Shown one piece after another: positions 28,241-42,670 of a stretch of DNA of 64,000 nucleotides. The DNA comes from Octopus vulgaris (Eukaryota): positions 172,732,001 through 172,796,000 of the forward strand of contig OX597816.1 of NCBI GenBank assembly GCA_951406725.2. Reading direction: 5' to 3'. The translations under genes and the position numbers were made by a program. Under the pieces are notes generated by a model, which saw nothing but the letters and a program-made list of their open reading frames with translations, had not been told where the DNA came from and searched no databases. Position 1 is the first letter of the stretch, and each line of letters opens with the position of its first letter.

Positions 28241-29190
28241 CAGTAATACCATTTACTGAGCGCTAACCCCCTTTAGAGCTAATTCACTATTGCGTTCTTT
28301 TTTCCTGGGGTTCAAAGGACAAAGTTACTTGAAGCTCTTGATCTTTAGGAATTCTAGGAATATTTCAAGTTTTTATACTACAAACTTATTAGATGAAAGA
28401 GGAGAACCCATTTTCTTTGTGAAAATTTCCGTGGATAAAACCTTTCGACAATCAATAATAAAAAGAAGATTGTAAACATCTGCAAATTCACTTTGATAAT
28501 TTATTAAAAGTTTAGATACTATATTATCAATATTTACTTTAGGAAGTTCAGTAGTGCAGAATTGAGAATCATAACTAAGCGAAAATTTATTTACCTGCCT
28601 TCTTTTAAACAAAAGTTAGGTCCTTATTCTATCGTACATCGATATTCCACAGCCTGTAAAACACTGTATCAATAGTATTTGCAGCGTCAAATCAGGAATC
28701 ACTAAATCAATGACAAGATTCTTTTGGACATTCTCCTCTGGTCGGCATTCTGTTTTGATAGAAAATGAGATTCAATTTATTTTTCCTAAGCAACCAAATT
28801 CACTTCAATGAAAATGTGTGACATAAATCTTAAAAATCGTTCAAGATCGACTCTAAATTTAGGGCTGTCGACATCCACTGTAACCTCTCCTGGCTGACTG
28901 ATTTCATTTCTCCCGTCGTGTTGATGACGTAAGAATATAATCGGAGACTTATTTAAAGGCACTTGCCGTATTTGTTTAGGTCTCCCAGCCCTTTTGGTTG
29001 GCGTATTTTGTTTCTTTCTCCTTTTACTTCCCAGTTGTTACTGTTTGCTGTTTAGGGTCCTCACCGTCACTTTCACCTCATGAAATGATTGTGTAGTGTG
29101 ATTCGGGACGTGTATGTTTGTGTGTGAGAGGTGGGGGGTATGATATGATATTGTTCTGTCGCTGATATATTTGCTGTTGTTTTGTAGTTT

Positions 29191-29847
29191 TCATGACTCT
29201 TTGTTGCAGCTTCTACTTTTATAATTGGTACTGAAATTACTGTTGCTGCAATTGTGACTGCATGCTGGTGTTGGTGCTGCTGCTATTCCTGTTGATGTTG
29301 TTGCTGCTGCTGTGATGATGATGATATTGGCAGAGGCGTGTGTGCGAGAGATTTTCATCTCTTCTCTTTCGTTGTGGACAAAAAGCCTTGAGGTCGTTTG
29401 TGTCCCTATAGATATGATACTCGAGCCTTTTGGCTCTCCGCAGTCACACAGTTTTGTGCGGCCTGACAGATTGATTCGGACTGGGATGAGTTCCATATTC
29501 GTTTGATCTCTTTGCATCAATAACTCCATTTTTCGCCCGACCAATTTTGTACCTGAAGCCTCTGGTACTGCAAAATGTCTGTTTTGTCCTCTATGTCCAG
29601 GAGGACCACTGCTACTAACCAGCAGATGTTTACATTTGGGGCAATTTATAATTTTTACCCTTATCAAACTACAGCCAAGGTAGATTGACATGATGACCAG
29701 TTTATCACTCTTTAGCGTTGCGGAGTGTTTCCTGCCCTCATCCTCTGTCGGGTATCTTACTGTTACCGTCCAGTTTTTTTTATCCCCTATCAATGTACGT
29801 TTTAAGCCAACTTCCACCCCATCCCCACCACCAGTTTGGTCAGACAC
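29191..29847 (-). mobile_element. Degenerate gag-like LINE ORF1 remnant
   Basis: 218-aa non-repetitive ORF. In a shifted frame near 29375-29425 it reads YHIYRDTNDLKAFCPQR, a decayed C-x2-C-x4-H-x4-C knuckle spacing, followed by a low-complexity tail. Confidence 0.55.
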
Positions 29848-29857
29848 ACATTTCTTA

Positions 29858-30078
29858 TTTCTTTATTACCCACAAGGGGCTAAACATAGAGGGGACAAAC
29901 AAGGACCAGACAAAGGGATTAAGTCGATTAGATCGACCCCCAGTGCGTAACTGGTACTTAATTTATCGACCCCGAAAGGATGAAAGGCAAATTCGACCTC
30001 GGCGGAATTTGAACTCAGAACATAAAGACAGACGAAATTTCGCCCGGTGTGCTAACGATTCTGCCAGCTCGCCGCCTT
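29858..30078 (-). mobile_element. SINE family A
   Basis: Reverse complement of the consensus with a small internal deletion. Confidence 0.88.
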
Positions 30079-30654
30079 CGTCTCTTTGCATTTCTATTTG
30101 CAGCTGTGTCGTTTGTTCTCTTTTGCAGCTTTTGTTTTTACTCTTATTGTTTTGTAAGCTACACTTTTCAGATTTGTTTCTCGTCTCATAGATTTTGAAC
30201 TGCTTAATTCTACGTTACCACCAGACCTTGTTTGGGAGGTTTTTTTTTAGTATTTTTTTCATTCAAACGACGTTAATATAATTATTTCTCCTGTCGCTTT
30301 CATTTGTAATTTTCATTTAAATTGTTTTCGTTGTTGTTGCTGACATTACTATTGGTGTTTTTACATTCCCCACAGGTAGTAGTGGTCAATTACTATTGGT
30401 ATTGTATTGGCTATCGGAGCAGCTAATTGCCCTTGGGTTTGCGAAGACATATTATTATTTTTTTTTTAAAAAAGCAAAATGCAGTCCTTGCTATCAAAAT
30501 TCACCCGGAAGGAGTGAAAATTTTCCAAGGCCAACTAACCCCTTAGGATGTTGGTTGGCTTAATAACAAAACACTACAGCATAAAGGAAATTTACTTACT
30601 CCGAAACAAAATAATAACTTAGGAGCTCCAGGACGATGTCTCTCACTTGCAAAC

Positions 30655-30724
<70 letters not shown>

Positions 30725-30737
30725 CAACAACAACAAC

Positions 30738-30796
<59 letters not shown>

Positions 30797-30888
30797 TAAT
30801 AATAATAATAATGATAATAATAATAATAATAATGATAATAATAATAATGATAATAATAATAATAATAATAATAATGATAATAATAATG

Positions 30889-30952
<64 letters not shown>

Positions 30953-30966
30953 TGATGATGATGATG

Positions 30967-31045
<79 letters not shown>
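30655..31045. repeat. (AAT)n array
   Basis: Seen directly. Confidence 0.95.
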
Positions 31046-31046
<1 letters not shown>

Positions 31047-31519
31047 CTTGGTATAAAAGATGGGCTATAGCAAATATTCTGCTCAATACCACAGATTTGC
31101 TTGTCAGTTGTTTGACCTTAACCAGTTGAGCATGACCCTTAGTGGCTGACGATATGTGCATCTCTGATCACGAGCAGAAGTAGTGGGGGAGCATCATAGC
31201 CATGTGTTGAGAGGGATTCTTTGGGGTTTGAATAATTCTCCTCTGGAAACATGGGTGGTTCTTTCAACATCCTTAAACAACCCTTATTCAGGGACCTTTT
31301 GAGCGAGATGGGCTACTCAACCTGAAGAAAATTCTAACTGGGCCCCACCTGCAAGGTCATGTGCTGTTTATCTTGATATGAGATCACCATGTCGCGCACA
31401 TATGATTGTGATGCAGGTGCCTGGTGTACCCTTATCAGACGGGTAGTCATGATGGGTATATTGGGCTTCGTATATTTTACCCCAGTGTCACTTTGATGGC
31501 ATGCACTGCTCTCTCACTC

Positions 31520-31520
<1 letters not shown>
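31046..31520 (+). mobile_element. Family E non-coding element embedded in (AAT)n
   Basis: Near-identical to 48346-48820. Ends CTCTCTCACTCA(ATA)n and is flanked by AAT arrays on both sides. Confidence 0.85.
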
Positions 31521-31578
<58 letters not shown>

Positions 31579-31702
31579 TAATAATCTTTTCTAGTATAGG
31601 TTCATTGCCGGGAAATTTTGTGCGAAGGGGCTAGTCGACTCCAAACGTATAAAGACTAAAATTGACTCCAGCGGAATATGAACCCAGTAAACATAGACAG
31701 AC

Positions 31703-31779
<77 letters not shown>

Positions 31780-32029
31780 TAAATGAAAAGAATGGAGTCG
31801 AACGAAGATTTTAACAAAATTCCTTTACTTTCGACATATGTTTCGAAGACTGCATACTCTTAATTCCGAAGGAATGAAGGTTGCACGGGGTCCGGCCCTT
31901 GGCATGTAACTTCAACCGTGTTTTACTGACGTCAATTTGCTACCCAGGTATCGATTAACTGAATTATCCATACTAGGATAATTCATTCATCTACTTATAT
32001 ATATAGCGAGAGAGAGAGAGAGAGAGAGC

Positions 32030-32100
<71 letters not shown>

Positions 32101-32127
32101 GTCTCTTTATCTCTTTATCGTCTAGAC

Positions 32128-32328
32128 CAGTGGTTTTCAACTAGGGTTCCGCCAGTACAGTCCAGGAGTTCCGCAAGAAGTTACAAACATGCTAAAATCG
32201 ACAGTAATTTTTAATTCTCCTGTGCAGATATGTGTGCCTAAGACGATTAAATTATTGCACAGGGGTTCCTCGAGCCAGTGAAATGTTTTCTTGGGGTTCC
32301 GCTCCAGCAAAAAGTTTGAAAAGCACTG
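32128..32328. mobile_element. hAT (Charlie-like) MITE
   Basis: TIRs CAGTGGTTTTCAA / TTGAAAAGCACTG and a perfect 8-bp TSD GTCTAGAC (32120-32127 and 32329-32336). Confidence 0.9.
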
Positions 32329-32369
32329 GTCTAGACTTTCAAATTTTACCCATTACTGTATAAGGACAC

Positions 32370-32790
32370 TAGGCAGTCGTTGTGCATCTTCCATTGGGCC
32401 CCGATTTGTTAAACTGTGCCGTCTTTTCATCATCCAAGTAGTCTCTCCGATTTGGGGATTCCATTCAACAACTGCATGGGTCTACCCATCTATTTTCTGT
32501 GAATCTGATAACGTGTCCGACCCAGCAGAATTTGTACTTTCGGTATTCCAAAATCACTGAGTTCACTCAACTCTGTTGATGAGATTTCTCGCTTGAGACA
32601 TGCTCCCGCAACGGTATTCCTGGCATGGATATTTCCCTGGAATTTTGCTTCATAACCAGTCGTTGTTTGTTCTTCCTTCTTAATTGTTGTCCGTGTTTCA
32701 GTTGCATATAACAGAGCAAGTCGGACGGGGTTGCAGACGAGAAAGCCATTCAAGATTTTGTCCAGCAAAGAGTTGAGCACCTCTTCGATC
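32370..32790 (-). mobile_element. Degenerate RTE-clade LINE 3' fragment
   Basis: ALLYATETRTTIKKEEQ and, after frameshifts, KFCWVGHVIRFTENRW...AVVEWNP. These match the RTE C-terminal LYxxETW and RWxGHVxR motifs. Confidence 0.75.
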
Positions 32791-33048
32791 GAGACATATG
32801 CCTTCTGCCCTGATTTTTATTCTGAGCGAAATTACTGCGTTCCTGTCTCTGCATATATTCATTGTCATTCCCAGAAAACCTACTCACCTTCCTCCCCCGT
32901 TTCTTCGCTTTCCACCGCTATTCAGTCGTGTGCTATGTTTTTGGGTCACATGTATGTATTGTATGTATGTATGTATGTATGTATGTATCTATGTAAAAAT
33001 ACATATTAATATACATATATGGGTGTGTGCATAAACATATGAATTTAA

Positions 33049-33100
<52 letters not shown>

Positions 33101-33158
33101 GTAAACACATAAATGTGAAACAAGGTGGAAAAAAGAGTACTCAAATACCAGTGGTAGA

Positions 33159-33225
<67 letters not shown>

Positions 33226-33594
33226 TGTATGTATGTATGTATTTTTACGTGGGGGAGAGGTGTATGTGGTCATATATATACCTCTACACATACTCATGCA
33301 CACACACACACATACACACACACACGCACGTACGCGTATACAGACACACGCATATTGTTAATACATATGTAATAATGCCGACTGTCCAGACTGTATGACA
33401 CGGTCCGTTGGCGTCAGAGTGTGTGGTGTCTAAAGCCAAGTGGTGTGCACTGAGGTGCATAGCTATAGTGACAGTGTAACCAATCAACGGTGACATATGT
33501 GGAACTCTAATAACAGACTTTGCAGAAGATTTCTTAACGTCTTCTCATAGATTTTAGTTCTTACCTACTGATTCGTTATTCAACCGTGTATCAT

Positions 33595-33632
<38 letters not shown>

Positions 33633-33847
33633 TCCTAGCTCTGACTCCTAATTCTGTATCATTGTCTATGTATATGAATCTATGAGTGCAGGTGCGTGTG
33701 TACCAGTTTATATGTGTGCGTCTGTGTTTCTGTGAATCTCTGTTTCATAGCTTGTGTGTCTCTGTGTCTGTGTGTTCTGATAGACTTACCAAGTGATTGG
33801 TCATTCATCTGTATTGTTTGTATGTGTATATATATGTGTATAAGACA

Positions 33848-33856
33848 GCGAGAGAG

Positions 33857-33901
<45 letters not shown>

Positions 33902-33961
33902 AAGAATGAGAGAAAGAGAGAGAGAGAGAAAGAGAGAGAGCTAAAGAGAGAGAGAAAGAGA

Positions 33962-33992
<31 letters not shown>

Positions 33993-33996
33993 TGAG
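33848..33996. repeat. (GA)n array
   Basis: Seen directly. Confidence 0.95.
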
Positions 33997-34088
33997 ATGA
34001 TATTTGTCTCAGTCAGTGTCTCATCCTGCCCAGTGGGCAATCAAATATTGCTAGTGGGATGTATGTATGTATGCGCGTCTGTGCACGA

Positions 34089-34149
<61 letters not shown>

Positions 34150-34401
34150 TGTGTATATGTACATGAACGTTATGATCTATGTTTATGCTTATATGTGTGT
34201 CTTTCTGTGAATACGTATATATTTCTATATACGTGTCGCAATGTGTGGCTTTATACATATCTATTTAAATGCGTATACTTTAGTAGTTGTGTGTTTGTGT
34301 GTGTGTGTGAGTGAGTGAATGAGTGTGAGTGTGTTGTGTGTGTGCTGTGTACTTCTGCGGGTGTATATGTCTGTGTGTGTGTGAATGTATTTTACATACA
34401 T

Positions 34402-34574
34402 GAGGCGCAGGAGTGGCTGTGTGGTAAGTAGCTTGCTAACCAACCACATGGTTCCGGGTTCAGTACCACTGCGTGGCATCTTGGGCAATTGTCTTCTGCT
34501 ATAGCCTCGGGCCGACCAAAGCCTTGTGAGTGGATTTGGTAGACGGAAACTGAAAGAAGCCCGTCGTATATATG

Positions 34575-34616
<42 letters not shown>

Positions 34617-34708
34617 GGAAAATTGTCTTCTGCTATAGCCACGGGCCGACCAAAGCCTTGTGAGTGGATTTGGTAGACGGAAACTGAAAGAAGCCTGTCG
34701 TGTATATG

Positions 34709-34739
<31 letters not shown>

Positions 34740-34930
34740 ATAGGTTTGTGTGTCTGTGTTTGTCCCTCTAGCATTGCTTGACAACCGATGCTGGTGTGTT
34801 TACGTCCCCGTCACTTAGCGGTTCGGCAAAAAAGACCGATAGAATAAGTACTGGGCTTACAAAGAATAAGTCCCGGGGTCGAGTTGCTCGACTAAAAGGC
34901 GGTGCTCCAGCATGGCCGCAGTCAAATGAC
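34402..34930 (+). mobile_element. SINE family B with an internal tandem duplication
   Basis: The segment from AATTGTCTTCTGCTATAGCC through the microsatellite occurs twice (about 34487 and 34621). Confidence 0.9.
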
Positions 34931-35244
34931 GATCATATACGTGGGTACACCGTACGTTTACATTAGTTTATTTGTATGGATGCTTATGTATATTTATAAA
35001 TGAGCATGTGTATATATGTGCGTACACACACTTCTTTTACACGTTTCAGTCACTTGACTGCAACCCTGGAGCACCGCCTTCAAAGATTTTAGTCGAAGAA
35101 ATTGACCCCAGAGCTTTTTTAAAAAATTTTTGTAAGCCTAGTACTTATTCGGTCTCTTTTGCCGAACCGCTATGTTACAGAGGCATAAACATACGATGGT
35201 GGGGAGACAAACACAGACACAAAGACACACATAAATATACATAC

Positions 35245-35348
<104 letters not shown>

Positions 35349-35387
35349 CATATATACATACATATATGTACATACTTACATCTATGC

Positions 35388-35436
<49 letters not shown>

Positions 35437-35950
35437 TATGTGGGTGCAGAACGTCATGGAACATGTACAACAACAAAAATGGAAAACAAGATAAACAACA
35501 CAAAGAACGACCCTTCATCGGGTGTTTTTTCTACTCTCGTATTTCGAGCATTTAACAACAATATACGCTTTCGATAAAACAGTTGCTCCCACAAAGCAAA
35601 TTAAATAAAATTTGGGATTTTGCGGAGGATCTCAATTGGTAACAGAACAGTGAAAACAAACAGGAAGGGCTGCTAAGCCTAAACGAGGTTGTGGTGGCGA
35701 ACGCGTAAATCAAGCTTGGACAGGAGACAGACAAGAATACGTCTTCCTTGTTCCAGCTACAACGGAGAGAAAGAAAGAAACACAAGTTAGGAGAAGAAAG
35801 AAAGGTGACATTTATACAGATATATATGAAGTCATTCATTGAGACACATATATAGAAATATACGTATTCACAGAAAGATACACATATAAGCATAAACATA
35901 GATCATAACGTTCATGTACAAATACACACACACACATACTGGTCTACAGA

Positions 35951-36015
<65 letters not shown>

Positions 36016-36187
36016 TGGCGGTATTCTTTCAGTTTACCTCTACTAAATCTGCTTACAAAGATTTGGTCAGCCCGAGGTCATAGTAGAAAACACTTGCCCA
36101 AGATGTCATGCAGTGAACCTGAAACCATGTGGTTAGGAAGCAAGCTTTTTACAACACAGCCACGCCCGCGATATATACACATATATG

Positions 36188-36422
36188 AGGGCGGCGAGCT
36201 GGCAGAAACGTTAGCACGTCGGGCGAAATGCTTAGTGGTATTTCGGCTGCCGTTACGTTGTGAGTTCAAATTCCGCCGAGGTCGACTTTGCCTTTCATCC
36301 TTTCGGGGTCGATAAATTAAGTACCAGTTACGCACTGGGGTTGATGTAATCGACTGAATACCTATGTCTCTCCTTGTTTGTCTCCTCTATGTTTAGCCCC
36401 TTGTGGGTAATAAAGAAATAGA
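36188..36422 (+). mobile_element. SINE family A
   Basis: Matches the consensus; a diverged family B head lies on the minus strand just upstream (36015-36170). Confidence 0.9.
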
Positions 36423-36688
36423 TATATACACATATACACTCAAACATGTACATACACAAAATAAATACATATATATATATATATATATATGTATGTATAT
36501 ATATATACATATACATACACATATATACATACATGTGTGTGCATACAGACATACACACAGGTATACATCTGTCTGCAAATAAGTACAATGTATGTGACAC
36601 GATGTACAATGTATGTGATTGTGTGACTGTTTGTGCGTTTGTGACTGAGTGTGTGTGTTTGTGTGTATGTGTGTGTGTGTGAGTGTGT

Positions 36689-36720
<32 letters not shown>

Positions 36721-37837
36721 GCTTGTGTGTACGCTTAAGTGTTTATAGTGGTCTTAAGTTTCATAACTGTGCGCTTTTGGCTACAATGAAAGTACCAGTT
36801 TGTACAAAATACATGGCACTGAAGTACACGAATCGCTTTAATCGTTTATGCTTGTCTCCAAAATGTCTCTCCTTCAGTCAGTGTGATAAACGTTTTATTA
36901 TCATAGTTTTGTGATCGACGGTTGTGTCTTTGCATTCGCTTCTATCACAAATGCGGATTGTTTATTCTCTAGGCGACCTTTTTGTTGAGTTATATTTCAG
37001 GTTCATGTATCAGTTATGTATTCAGTCAGAGGAAGAAGTTTCCATACCCTTTAGAATTCTTCTGAAACTACGAAGAACTAGGTGGTTTATGTCTGTGTGT
37101 GTATGTCAATAAGGAAATTTAAGAATAAAAGGAATGACAGCGGGTGGCAGTATTGTGAAGTAAGGATTAAATTAGAGTACTTAGTTTAGGGTTTGGATGC
37201 AGCATAAGTTTAAAAAGTTACAGCTTGGGTTCTCACAATCTGCGGGACCTAAAAATATTTAAACGCTATATATGTTGTGAATTTTTGTGAAAACTTCTGA
37301 AGTGATTTTAACCACGATCTTCCGTGCTGCATATAACTTAAGACGTCACAAAGTTTAAGTCTGGCATTGGCTGGAATTTAGATGGTAGATATTCTGTAAA
37401 AGACAAGTTGATTATGTTTGTTTCTGTATACAGAGGAAGCAAAAATTTTTAGATTTATATTTAAGTTTATAAAATATATAACAAAATCATGACAAAATAC
37501 TGTCGACACATCAGTGATCTATACAATAGGAATAATGAGAAGAGTGAGATATATTCGTTGGAAGAGGAGGTGGAGATGGTTAATAATTCGCAAGTTCACA
37601 AGAACGGATGCCACTGTACTCGTGGAAGAAAGAAGGACAGGGAAGTAGTTACAGAAGAAAGTGCTTTGAATTGTATATTTTTTCATGCAGTGCCCTTTCC
37701 ATATATATCTTAGTTGGACAGAGTTGAAGTATTTTCTCATTGTTTGAGAAAATACAAACTTAATGGTTTGTATACAGATATAATGTCATATGTGTGATGT
37801 CAGCCTGAAGTATCAACAGAGATTGACCGCTTGTGTT

Positions 37838-38043
37838 TGAAAAAGAGGTAATTCCTACTCTCCTCCTCTGGAAGCCATCTACTCGCAATGCCAGAGGGCG
37901 CACACTCTCCTACCCTGATGTAATCTCCAGGGATACAGGCATCTAGCAACAGGACCTCCGTAATGCCATGATGGACCGTGAAGTCTGGCGTAGCATGGTA
38001 AATTCCATTGTCTCGACCACGGTGGAACAATGATGATGATGAT
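37838..38043 (+). mobile_element. RTE-clade LINE 3' end with (TGA)n tail and TSD
   Basis: EKEVIPTLLLWKPSTRNARGRTLSYPDVISRDTGI*QQDLRNAMMDREVWRSMV, then (TGA)n. Flanking direct repeat TGTGTTTG. Confidence 0.8.
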
Positions 38044-39137
38044 GTGTTTGCAGTGGCGACTTGTGGGAGCTTCAGTCGTTGGAAGAACTTGCAGCATTTC
38101 GCTGTTGCAAAAAGACTCGATTGTCACATCCTCATCGAAGGTTTTCAAAATCCACGTTTATTGTACATATTGCAAGACGAGTCTACGTTTATACAGACGA
38201 TGATGGTGGTGGTAGGATTTAAAATCATTTAGATTGTGATTATCTGCATGTATGTTTGATGGCATTAGGAGTTACACTAAGAACTTTGTTATAGTACAAT
38301 ATGATCTCAGAATATTAGGATAGATTCTTGTAGACAGAATGATTGAATACTTTGGTGAGGGTAAGACATAGTTCTGGTGTCTAATGTCTGTGGGTAATGT
38401 AAAGAAGGTTGGTCACTTTAAGCTGGAGTAATGACAGAAATGTTTTCGTACGTGGTAAGGTAAGTGGAGGAACGTTTGAAGGTTTTATTGTCTCAGTGTG
38501 TGTGTATGTATATTTGTATGTATTAAACACAAACACTCACACACACACACACACACACGTATGCATGTGTTTGTCAATGTGTGTGCACACGAGCGCTGTG
38601 TGGAGTTTGAAGCCAATTTGGTAATGAAAACAGTGATCTTATTTCCACAAATGAGGTTAAGAAAGTAATCGCCTTCGATGAGCAGCGATGGCAGAAAGGA
38701 CTCGCCTTCGATTGTAAAGTTCTTATTAGCAAAGGATCTGAAGATCCAGCTGAAACGAGAGAGGCAAGAAAGATGTTTTTCTTATATTATCACAATAATG
38801 GCACCAGATATTCTCTCTTACAAAATGATACTCTACACACCTATTTGATTATGAAGATTTACAAACATACTTTCTCAGTGAAACTCACTATACCCACCAT
38901 TATAGATAATACCAAATGTACATTTTTGGATTTTTCATAATGTGATGTAAGTCTTTGGCATAGCAATTGCATGCGGCTGAAGAGAGCTTTAAACCATCTG
39001 TTATGTCGATTATACATTGATGTAAGAATAGGTTGTTGTATAAATCTTGAAACACGTGTACCGCGACATCCTTTGTGTTCTGTTTTTTATTTCATTTGAT
39101 GCATATATATATATGTATATATAAATAATGACTTTTT

Positions 39138-39272
39138 GCGCAGGCGTGTCTTGTGTGGTAAGAAGTTTGCTTCCGAACAACATGATTCCAGATTCAGTCC
39201 CACTGCGTGGCACTTTAAGCCGACCAAAGCCTTCTGAGTGGATCTGCATGACAGAAACTGAAAGAACCCTGT

Positions 39273-39369
<97 letters not shown>

Positions 39370-39430
39370 GTCTGTATGTATATATATATATATGCATGCA
39401 TGTATGTATGTATGTATGTATGTATGTATG

Positions 39431-39477
<47 letters not shown>

Positions 39478-39690
39478 GTGTGTTTGTGTGTGTCTTTATG
39501 TCTGCTTGACAACCAGTGTTGGTATGTTTATATCTACGTAACTTAGCGATTTGGCAAAAAGAGGCCCGATAGAATAAGTACTAGGCTTAAGATAGGAAAA
39601 AAGAATAACAAATACTGGGGTCGATTCATTTGACTGAAAATTCTTCAAGACGGTGCACCAGCATGGCCACAACTGAAACAAGTAAAAGAC
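39138..39690 (+). mobile_element. SINE family B, older copy with an expanded internal microsatellite
   Basis: Diverged head and tail separated by about 200 nt of (TA)n/(TATG)n. Confidence 0.8.
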
Positions 39691-41206
39691 AAAGTATTCC
39701 ACAGAGAGGTCAATAGAACAGAAACTATATTTAGCTTGATATTAAAGGGAAGAGAAAATATTAGCTTCATGACTGGCTGCGCATGTAACCATTTTCAGAT
39801 AGAAGTGCAGAGGTGAATACACAAATGAACCCATAGCAGGTTCATGGCTACAACATATTTCATTTCTAAAAATATACAATGAAAATAATATGAGTTATAT
39901 GACATTTCTTACTTCAACAATATGGCACGATGCTGGTGAGGATAAAAAATAGAGACAAGATATATCAGTGCTTGGCATTTTCTTACTGAAGTTAGGTTTT
40001 GTGTTATAGGAGTGCAAATGATACGCACTTATGACTTTTCGTGTGTACGTATATTAATTTCTTATAGTTTGGTCTCACTCGTGACATCTCCCCTAATTAT
40101 CAACTGATTACAATATAACAACTGATCTTAACACAATTACCACTTTTTAATCCCTCATCACATTTTTATGCGCTTTTCCTTCTTTTCCATGTACTAAGAA
40201 AGTCTTGTGGATACTCACTCATCGTATCTTTAAGTCATTTTATTCACCAATTACTCGTTAACACACTGAATTTAACTTTAACTTTAGAACTTTTAGTCTG
40301 AAAATAGATAAATGTGTCACTAAAAACAGTTAATCTTACCGCTTTTCTTAGCATAGACAGTGCATTACACCTCACACTTTCTAAACTAAGCATATGCAAC
40401 ATTAGAGAATATGAAGAGCTCAATATTAATTTGGGTAACAGACTTTCCAGTCGTTTGTTCAACTAAACATGCAGAAACGAAAGACTATACTCCAATTACT
40501 CAAATGTGTGTAGTTTTATGTGTTTAGATGTAAGTGCATATATATATATATTAGTGCATATATATATATTAGTGCATATATATATGTATGGGTGTAGATA
40601 TATATATATATTGTATGTATATCATATATATATATTATATAAATATATATATATATATAGCGAGAGAGACACAAAGATAAAGAGGACGCAAAATATAGAT
40701 AGCCATACCCGTTGTATTGTCATAGACACAACAAATATAAAACCTGTTATTTTTCCACTGAACTATTGGCAAAAGATATATTAGTAAAAGAAGTGTGATT
40801 AGATCAGCTAAGATACAAAACTATAGCAATTGACACTTTAGAAAAAAGTTCAGTGATTTTATTATGTATAAACGGATTCCCGCTCACAAAGTTGCTTTAT
40901 TCACTGAATGTGAACGACTATTCGATTTTGTATTCCTGCCAAAAAGGCGAAAAAGAGAATAAAACTTGATTAATAACTAGTACTTATAAATAACATTTAC
41001 TTATAAAATTTTGTTTTTGTTTTTTGGTCTTTTCATTGAGAAATTTGTTATAGTTGTATTGTTGTACGTATGTGTATATATGTATATATTTATATGTGTA
41101 TATATGTATATATTTATATGTGTATATATGTGTGAAAGTATGAATAAAAACGCACTGAAGTCACCAGGCATTGAGTGTAGTGACACAAATGAACATGTGT
41201 GTGCGC

Positions 41207-41259
<53 letters not shown>

Positions 41260-41802
41260 TGTTTACGTATCTGGTAGCTTGACTAAATATAAGACGTGTG
41301 TATGATATCAATTTGGCAAGATTGCTCTCTCTCTCTCTCAGACAGACAGACACACACACACATACACACACGTATCTGTATGTATATAGACACATATATA
41401 CACATGTATGTATGTATCTATGTATGTATGTATGTATGTATGTATGTATGCGTATGTCTGTGTGTTTATGTGTAGTGTGTGTATTATAAGAGTACAGAGC
41501 AACTAGGTCATTCCAATGTTGTATCTCAAAAAACTTCCTGCAAAGTGTACATATGATCCTCCGCCCAACCCATTACTACATCTTCTAAGCCACGGTTGTT
41601 GTTATCGATGTTTATCCCCTAGTTATCCATAATCGAACCGATCTATAATCAAGGGCATTCTAGCTGTGACATGCCCTGTTTACCCCAGGTACTTTCACAG
41701 AAGATAACGTTATCCAATGTCCTTTTCTGCGAGGTTAGGTGTTTGATTCGAAGAGGATTTAGCTGTTATTCATAGGTGTTTAGAAAGCCTACATATATAT
41801 GT

Positions 41803-42033
41803 AAGGCGGCAAGCTGGCAGAATCGTTAGCACGCCGGGCAAAATGCCTAGCAGTATTTCGTCTGTCGTTACGTTCTGAGTTCAAATTCCGCCGAGGTTGA
41901 CTTTGCCTTAAATCCTTTCGGGGTCGATAAATAAAGTACCAGTTTCGAACTGGGGTCGATGCAATCGACTTAATCCCTTTGTCTGTCCTTGTTTGTCCCC
42001 TCTGTGTTTAGCCCCTTGTGGGTAATAAAGAAA
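41803..42033 (+). mobile_element. SINE family A
   Basis: Matches the consensus. Confidence 0.9.
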
Positions 42034-42202
42034 CATATATATATAGCGCAGAATCCCTCAGCTGAGAGTATCTGTCTCCTGTTTAGTTGGAAAACAGAGG
42101 CAAGTTCTTTTAGGTTCGATCTTTGGTGTTGTTTTCTACAAATAAACATCAAAACCCTCGTGATTTGTTTCTTTTTCGTCTTGTTTTTACTTATACATGC
42201 AT

Positions 42203-42368
42203 AGGCGCAGGAGTGGCTGTGTGGTAAGTAGCTTGCTAACCAACCACATGGTTCAGGGTTCAGTCCCACTGCGTGGCATCTTGGGCAAGTGTCTTCTGCT
42301 ATAGCCCCGGGCCGACCAATACCTTGTGAGTGGATTTGGTAGACGGAAACTGAAAGAAGCCTGTTGTA

Positions 42369-42460
<92 letters not shown>

Positions 42461-42670
42461 TATGTGTTTGTGTGTCTGTGTTTGTCCCCCAAACATTGCT
42501 TGACAACCGATGCTGGTGTGTTTATGCCCCCGACACTTAGCGGTTCGGCAAAAGAGACCGATAGAATAAGTACTGGGCTTACAAAGAATAAGTCCCGGGG
42601 TCGATTTGCTCGACTAAAAGTCGGTGCTCCAGCATGGCCGCAGTCAAATGACTGAAACAAGTAAAAGAGT
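42203..42670 (+). mobile_element. SINE family B, full length
   Basis: Matches the consensus. Confidence 0.9.

Noticed and set aside
31820-31880. Minus-strand GAAACAUAUGUC, a hammerhead 3' half
   Set aside because: No CUGANGA partner was found, so at most it is a truncated remnant. The same holds for the motif near 8230 and the lone CTGATGA near 49893.
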